Sequence record: NZ_CP049149.1 | DNA from: a plasmid | Length of the DNA: 64,000 nucleotides | Direction: 5' to 3' (one strand) | Shown: positions 60,421-64,000 of the stretch, in pieces | Position numbering within the stretch: position 1 is the stretch's first letter | Layout of the letters: each line of letters opens with the position of its first letter | Position numbers and translations under genes: made by a program | Notes under the pieces: model-generated | The model's input: only the letters and a program-made list of their open reading frames with translations | Told to the model about the DNA's origin: nothing | The model's database searches: none

Positions 60421-61995
60421 ATGGAATTGACTGACAAGCAAATCAAAGACCTAGTGGAGCGACGCCACCCGGAATACTTGAAGAAAAAAGAACATTGGGA
60501 TTTCCTCGCCAGCACTTACGCTGGCGGGCGTGCCTGGTTCACCGACAACATCTTCCGCTACTTCAAAGAGGGCGATCAGGAGTTCAAGGAGCGTCTGGAG
60601 CGCGCCTACCGCTTCAATCATACCCGCGAAGTGGTCAACCTCATCAACAAGTATCTGTTCAAAGAGGACATTCATCGCAACACCGATGAGGCACCGGAGC
60701 AGATCCGCCATTTCTGGAGGCGAGCCACACGCCAGAATGCTTCAATTGACGCATTCATGGCGGCTATCGATCTCCAGTCGTCAATTTATGGCCGTATCTG
60801 GGTTGTCGTTGACAGCACCATGAATGGCGATGTGGAGTCCGTTGCTGACGAGAAAAACAAGGACGCGCGTGCCTACGCCTACTGGATTTCTCCGCAGCAG
60901 ATGCTCGATGTCGCCTGGGATGACGATGGGAACATGCTTTGGGCGCTGATTGTGGAAGTGGCGCGTGACGATGCCGATCCGTTCACCTCAACCGGTCAGG
61001 AGTATCAGCGTTACCGCCTGTGGACACAGAACGAATGGTATCTCTTCCGTGAGGAAGTCAAAAGGGGATCTGGTGGCGCAGGCCGTCGCCAGTCAAAGGT
61101 CGTGCTGGAGGATTCTGGCGAGCATAAATTGGGCATGGTGCCGGTCTTCCCGGTTGATTGCATTGGTGAAAGCGAATCGCCTTATTTCAGCCCATCTCTC
61201 ATCGACGATATCGCCTATCTCGATCGTGCTGTTGCCAACTACCTGTCGAACCTTGATGCCATTATTCAGGATCAGACGTTCAGCCAGCTGGCCATTCCGG
61301 TGCAGTCACTGCTGCCAGGCGATGAAAACCATACCAAAGTCCTTGAAATGGGCACCAAGCGCGTCTTTACCTTCGATTCCGAGAGTGGCAACCAGCCGTT
61401 CTACCTGTCGCCAGACCCGAAACAGGCACAGATGATCATCACCACCATTAAGACGGTGATTAACGAGATCTACCATTCCGTTGGGGTGGCTGGTGAGCGC
61501 ACCAAACAGGACAACGCCCAGGGTATCGACAACTCTTCCGGCGCAGCCAAGATGTATGACTTCCAGCGCGTTAACAGTCTGCTGGTGACAAAAGCGGAAC
61601 GTCTCGAAAGGGCGGAGCGCCAGATGATGCAGTTGGTAGCGAAATGGATGGGGATCAGTCTGGATGAAGATAACTCTCTCATCTCCTACCCGGAAAGCTT
61701 TGATATTCGTGGTCTGACAGACGAATTTGCGGTTGCTGAAAAACTCGCGCTTCTGCAAGCGCCTGATTCTGTACGTCGGCACCAGATGGAAATGCTCATT
61801 GAGAAGGTGTTCCCGAACATTTCCGAGGCGATGAAAAAGGAATTTGATAAAGACCTCTTGAATTTTCCGCCAAAAAATGATCTAAACACCCTTGAAAATA
61901 AGTCAGTACTTACTTATGATCGAGGGGCAGCCCAAGCAAGCGGGCAAGATCAACCCCGAGGGAATGGGGACTCATCTACTCAAGAGACCGAGTGA
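60421..61995 (+). CDS. portal protein, putative (524 aa)
   Basis: Size and position between terL and the scaffold/capsid genes. Confidence 0.55.
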   Translation: MELTDKQIKDLVERRHPEYLKKKEHWDFLASTYAGGRAWFTDNIFRYFKEGDQEFKERLERAYRFNHTREVVNLINKYLFKEDIHRNTDEAPEQIRHFWRRATRQNASIDAFMAAIDLQSSIYGRIWVVVDSTMNGDVESVADEKNKDARAYAYWISPQQMLDVAWDDDGNMLWALIVEVARDDADPFTSTGQEYQRYRLWTQNEWYLFREEVKRGSGGAGRRQSKVVLEDSGEHKLGMVPVFPVDCIGESESPYFSPSLIDDIAYLDRAVANYLSNLDAIIQDQTFSQLAIPVQSLLPGDENHTKVLEMGTKRVFTFDSESGNQPFYLSPDPKQAQMIITTIKTVINEIYHSVGVAGERTKQDNAQGIDNSSGAAKMYDFQRVNSLLVTKAERLERAERQMMQLVAKWMGISLDEDNSLISYPESFDIRGLTDEFAVAEKLALLQAPDSVRRHQMEMLIEKVFPNISEAMKKEFDKDLLNFPPKNDLNTLENKSVLTYDRGAAQASGQDQPRGNGDSSTQETE

Positions 61996-62017
61996 TAAGT
62001 AACGAAAAGGAATTTCT

Positions 62018-62911
62018 ATGAATCTGTGGCAAATGCTAATGGCCCGACGCGGGCTGATGGATGTAGCTGAAGGGCATGAGCGCGGTGGCGCTGGTGGCGG
62101 TGCTCCTGCTGATCAAGAAGAGCATGGTGCGCAAGACCCAGGCAGTCAGGGCGAGCAGAAAGATCAGCCCAAAGGTGACGACGAGTTTGCAGGCATGACT
62201 CAAGAAGAGCTGCTGGCAGAACTCCGCAAGTCCCGGAAGACCAGCGCTGACCTGCTGAAAGAGAACATGAAGCGCAAGGAGAAAGAGCGCTCTCTGGCCG
62301 ATCAGCTGGCGCAGTATGGTGACATTGATCCGGCGCGCGCACGTCAGCTTCTGGAAGCTGAACAGGCCGCAGAAGAGGAACGCCGTAAGGCGGAGCAGGC
62401 TGAACTGGAACGTCGTGGCGAGTTCGACGCTGTGAAAAAACAGATGATCGAAGCTCACCAGGCTGAACTCGCGAAGCGTGACGAACGCTACTCCGCACTG
62501 GAGAGCGAAAACGCGGCGCTGCGAGCGCAGCTGGTTGAAATGACGGTCGGCGCTTCATTCAGCGGCTCTGCCTTCCTGCGTGAAAAAGTTCTGATGACTC
62601 CGGCTAAGGCTCGCGTTATCTACGGCTCTCATTTCGAAGTGGGTGAAGACGGTAGCGTTGTTGGTTATGACAAGCCGGTAGGTCAGAAGGAACGTGCTGT
62701 TCTGGTTGACGGCGAGGGCAAGCCGTTACCGTTCGAATCCGCGATTGAACGCATTCTGCGTGCAGATCCGGAAGCTGACGCACTGTTGCGCAGCGAAGCC
62801 AAGCAGGGTGCAGGTTCAAACAGCAAACCGACCCACAAAGTAAACCAGCCGAAGAGCAAGTCGACTATGGATAAGTTGACCTCCGGTCTGGGGAAAATTG
62901 GACTCAAGTAA
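62018..62911 (+). CDS. scaffolding protein, putative (coiled coil)
   Basis: Glu/Ala/Arg-rich coiled coil (AEQAAEEERRKAEQAELERR) directly upstream of the capsid gene. Confidence 0.45.
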   Translation: MNLWQMLMARRGLMDVAEGHERGGAGGGAPADQEEHGAQDPGSQGEQKDQPKGDDEFAGMTQEELLAELRKSRKTSADLLKENMKRKEKERSLADQLAQYGDIDPARARQLLEAEQAAEEERRKAEQAELERRGEFDAVKKQMIEAHQAELAKRDERYSALESENAALRAQLVEMTVGASFSGSAFLREKVLMTPAKARVIYGSHFEVGEDGSVVGYDKPVGQKERAVLVDGEGKPLPFESAIERILRADPEADALLRSEAKQGAGSNSKPTHKVNQPKSKSTMDKLTSGLGKIGLK

Positions 62912-62936
62912 CATCTTAATCATAGGGAAATGAAAG

Positions 62937-63818
62937 ATGCCGTTACTCCGTGACGAAGCTGAAAAGCTGTCTAACAACGAACTTGAGCAGGGTGTGATCG
63001 AGACAATTATCGATCGCGACGACCTGTTCGCTGTCCTGCCGTTCATGAAGATCGACTCCAAAGCGTATCTTTACAACCGTGAAGCTACCCTGAGCGAAGC
63101 GACCTTCATTGATGTGAACGACACCATCACCGAAGGTGCGGCAACCTTCACCGAGCACGTTGCGAAGCTGCGTATCCTGGCAGGCGACGTAGATGTCGAC
63201 AAATTCCTGGCGACCACTATGTCTGACACCAACAACCAGCTGGCAATCCAGGTTCGTCAGAAGGTTAAAGGTCTGGCGCGCGCATTCCGCCGCAACCTGA
63301 TTCTGGGTGACTCCACCACCAACAGCAAAGCCTTTGACGGCATTCCGAAGCTGATGCACAAAGACCAGAATGTTGACATTGCGAAGGCAGCGATGACCTT
63401 CTCTATGTTCGACGAGCTGGTCGACGCAGTGAAAGATCTGGGCGCTGACTGCATCATGATGCGTTCCGAGCACCTGCGTGCTTACCGCGCGCTGCTGCGC
63501 ACCGTAAACATCGGCCCGTCTGAAATCATGATGGAAAACTTCGGCCGTCCGATGCTGTGCCATAACGGCGTTCCGTTCATCGTTAACGACTTCATTCCGA
63601 AGAACGATGGCGACGACTCCGCAAATATCTACTGTCTGCACCTGTCTGAAGAGAACGGTGTTACCGGTCTGTACGGTGGCGAAAACGCGGGTATCGTGGT
63701 GGAAAACATCGGTACTGTTCAGAACAAAGATGCAACTCGTACCCGCGTGAAGTGGTACTGCTCTCTGGCGAACAAGCACGATAAAGCTATCGCGGCGCTG
63801 ACCAACGTCAAAATTTAA
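62937..63818 (+). CDS. major capsid protein, putative (293 aa)
   Basis: Position after the scaffold. Highly expressed-looking context with a strong terminator downstream. Confidence 0.5.
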   Translation: MPLLRDEAEKLSNNELEQGVIETIIDRDDLFAVLPFMKIDSKAYLYNREATLSEATFIDVNDTITEGAATFTEHVAKLRILAGDVDVDKFLATTMSDTNNQLAIQVRQKVKGLARAFRRNLILGDSTTNSKAFDGIPKLMHKDQNVDIAKAAMTFSMFDELVDAVKDLGADCIMMRSEHLRAYRALLRTVNIGPSEIMMENFGRPMLCHNGVPFIVNDFIPKNDGDDSANIYCLHLSEENGVTGLYGGENAGIVVENIGTVQNKDATRTRVKWYCSLANKHDKAIAALTNVKI

Positions 63819-63854
63819 CAATTTTTGTAGGTAATAACTTACCTATGTGTTAAG

Positions 63855-63880
63855 GGTGGGCTATACGCCCACCTTTTTTG
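63855..63880 (+). terminator. rho-independent terminator after the capsid gene
   Basis: gggtgggc tata cgcccacc followed by ttttttg. Confidence 0.7.
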
Positions 63881-63892
63881 TAGGAGCAAGAG

Positions 63893-64000
63893 TATGAAAC
63901 CAGCGAAGATTCGCATCCTTGAACCGCAATTTTCTGCTTACACGGGTCTGCTTTGCGGCGTCCTTTTCGAAAATGGCGTGTCTGTTGCGGAGCTGCCATT
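63893..64000 (+). CDS. hypothetical head-module protein, 3' partial
   Basis: ORF with an RBS (ggagcaagagt) running off the window end. Confidence 0.35.

Noticed and set aside
62943-63821. 292-aa minus-strand ORF coextensive with the capsid gene
   Set aside because: Antisense shadow ORF. The plus-strand gene has an RBS and sits in the canonical module order.
1-64000. CRISPR array search
   Set aside because: No regularly spaced 25-40 bp direct repeats with unique spacers. The only regular repeats are iterons, which have variable spacing and no spacer logic, and the 12-bp TAEL coding repeat.
1-64000. Reverse transcriptase, retron or DGR search
   Set aside because: No ORF with an RT YxDD motif or a template/variable repeat pair was seen.

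Overview
This 64 kb window reads as a contiguous piece of a temperate phage-plasmid, apparently of the enterobacterial SSU5/pHCM2 type; that attribution is inferred from gene content, not from any search. It combines a T4-like DNA replication and recombination module with a P1-type plasmid replicon and a siphovirus-style head-packaging module.

Gene content from start to end:
- A dnaE-type polymerase gene is interrupted by a free-standing HNH homing-endonuclease gene, and the C-terminal polymerase part carries a UDG-like domain.
- A UvsY-like ORF, a gp32-like SSB, a FEN-type 5'-3' exonuclease and a RecA/UvsX-like recombinase follow. The recombinase P-loop is split by a 422-aa LAGLIDADG intein.
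- A RepA initiator gene is flanked by two iteron arrays, next to a GATC cluster and a DnaA box. This is P1 oriR architecture.
- sbcD/sbcC (gp47/gp46-like), a RuvC-like resolvase, nrdA and nrdB come next. They are followed by a MazG-like ORF, a thyA with two insertions, frd (DHFR), a P-loop kinase and a DnaQ-like exonuclease.
- A phage Dam methyltransferase and an RNase HI gene follow.
- A Type IC (EcoR124-like) hsdM-hsdS-hsdR restriction-modification system and an ISAs1-family transposase sit between two copies of a duplicated phage gene pair. hsdS carries a TAEL x3 repeat.
- A roughly 8 kb accessory region holds small ORFs with their own promoters, stop-interrupted ORFs and two ORF-free repeat-rich segments.
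- An SF2 helicase lies divergently from an operon of two ParB-like proteins, a minimal ABC ATPase and a GNAT-like protein.
- The window ends with terS, terL, portal, scaffold and major capsid genes.

Three families of conserved intergenic elements recur: a 13-bp AAACAANTTGTTT palindrome (about 19 copies), a TAGGTAAGTA/TACTTACCTA palindrome just upstream of core genes, and two copies of a roughly 55-bp perfect hairpin. No CRISPR array, tRNA or reverse transcriptase was seen.
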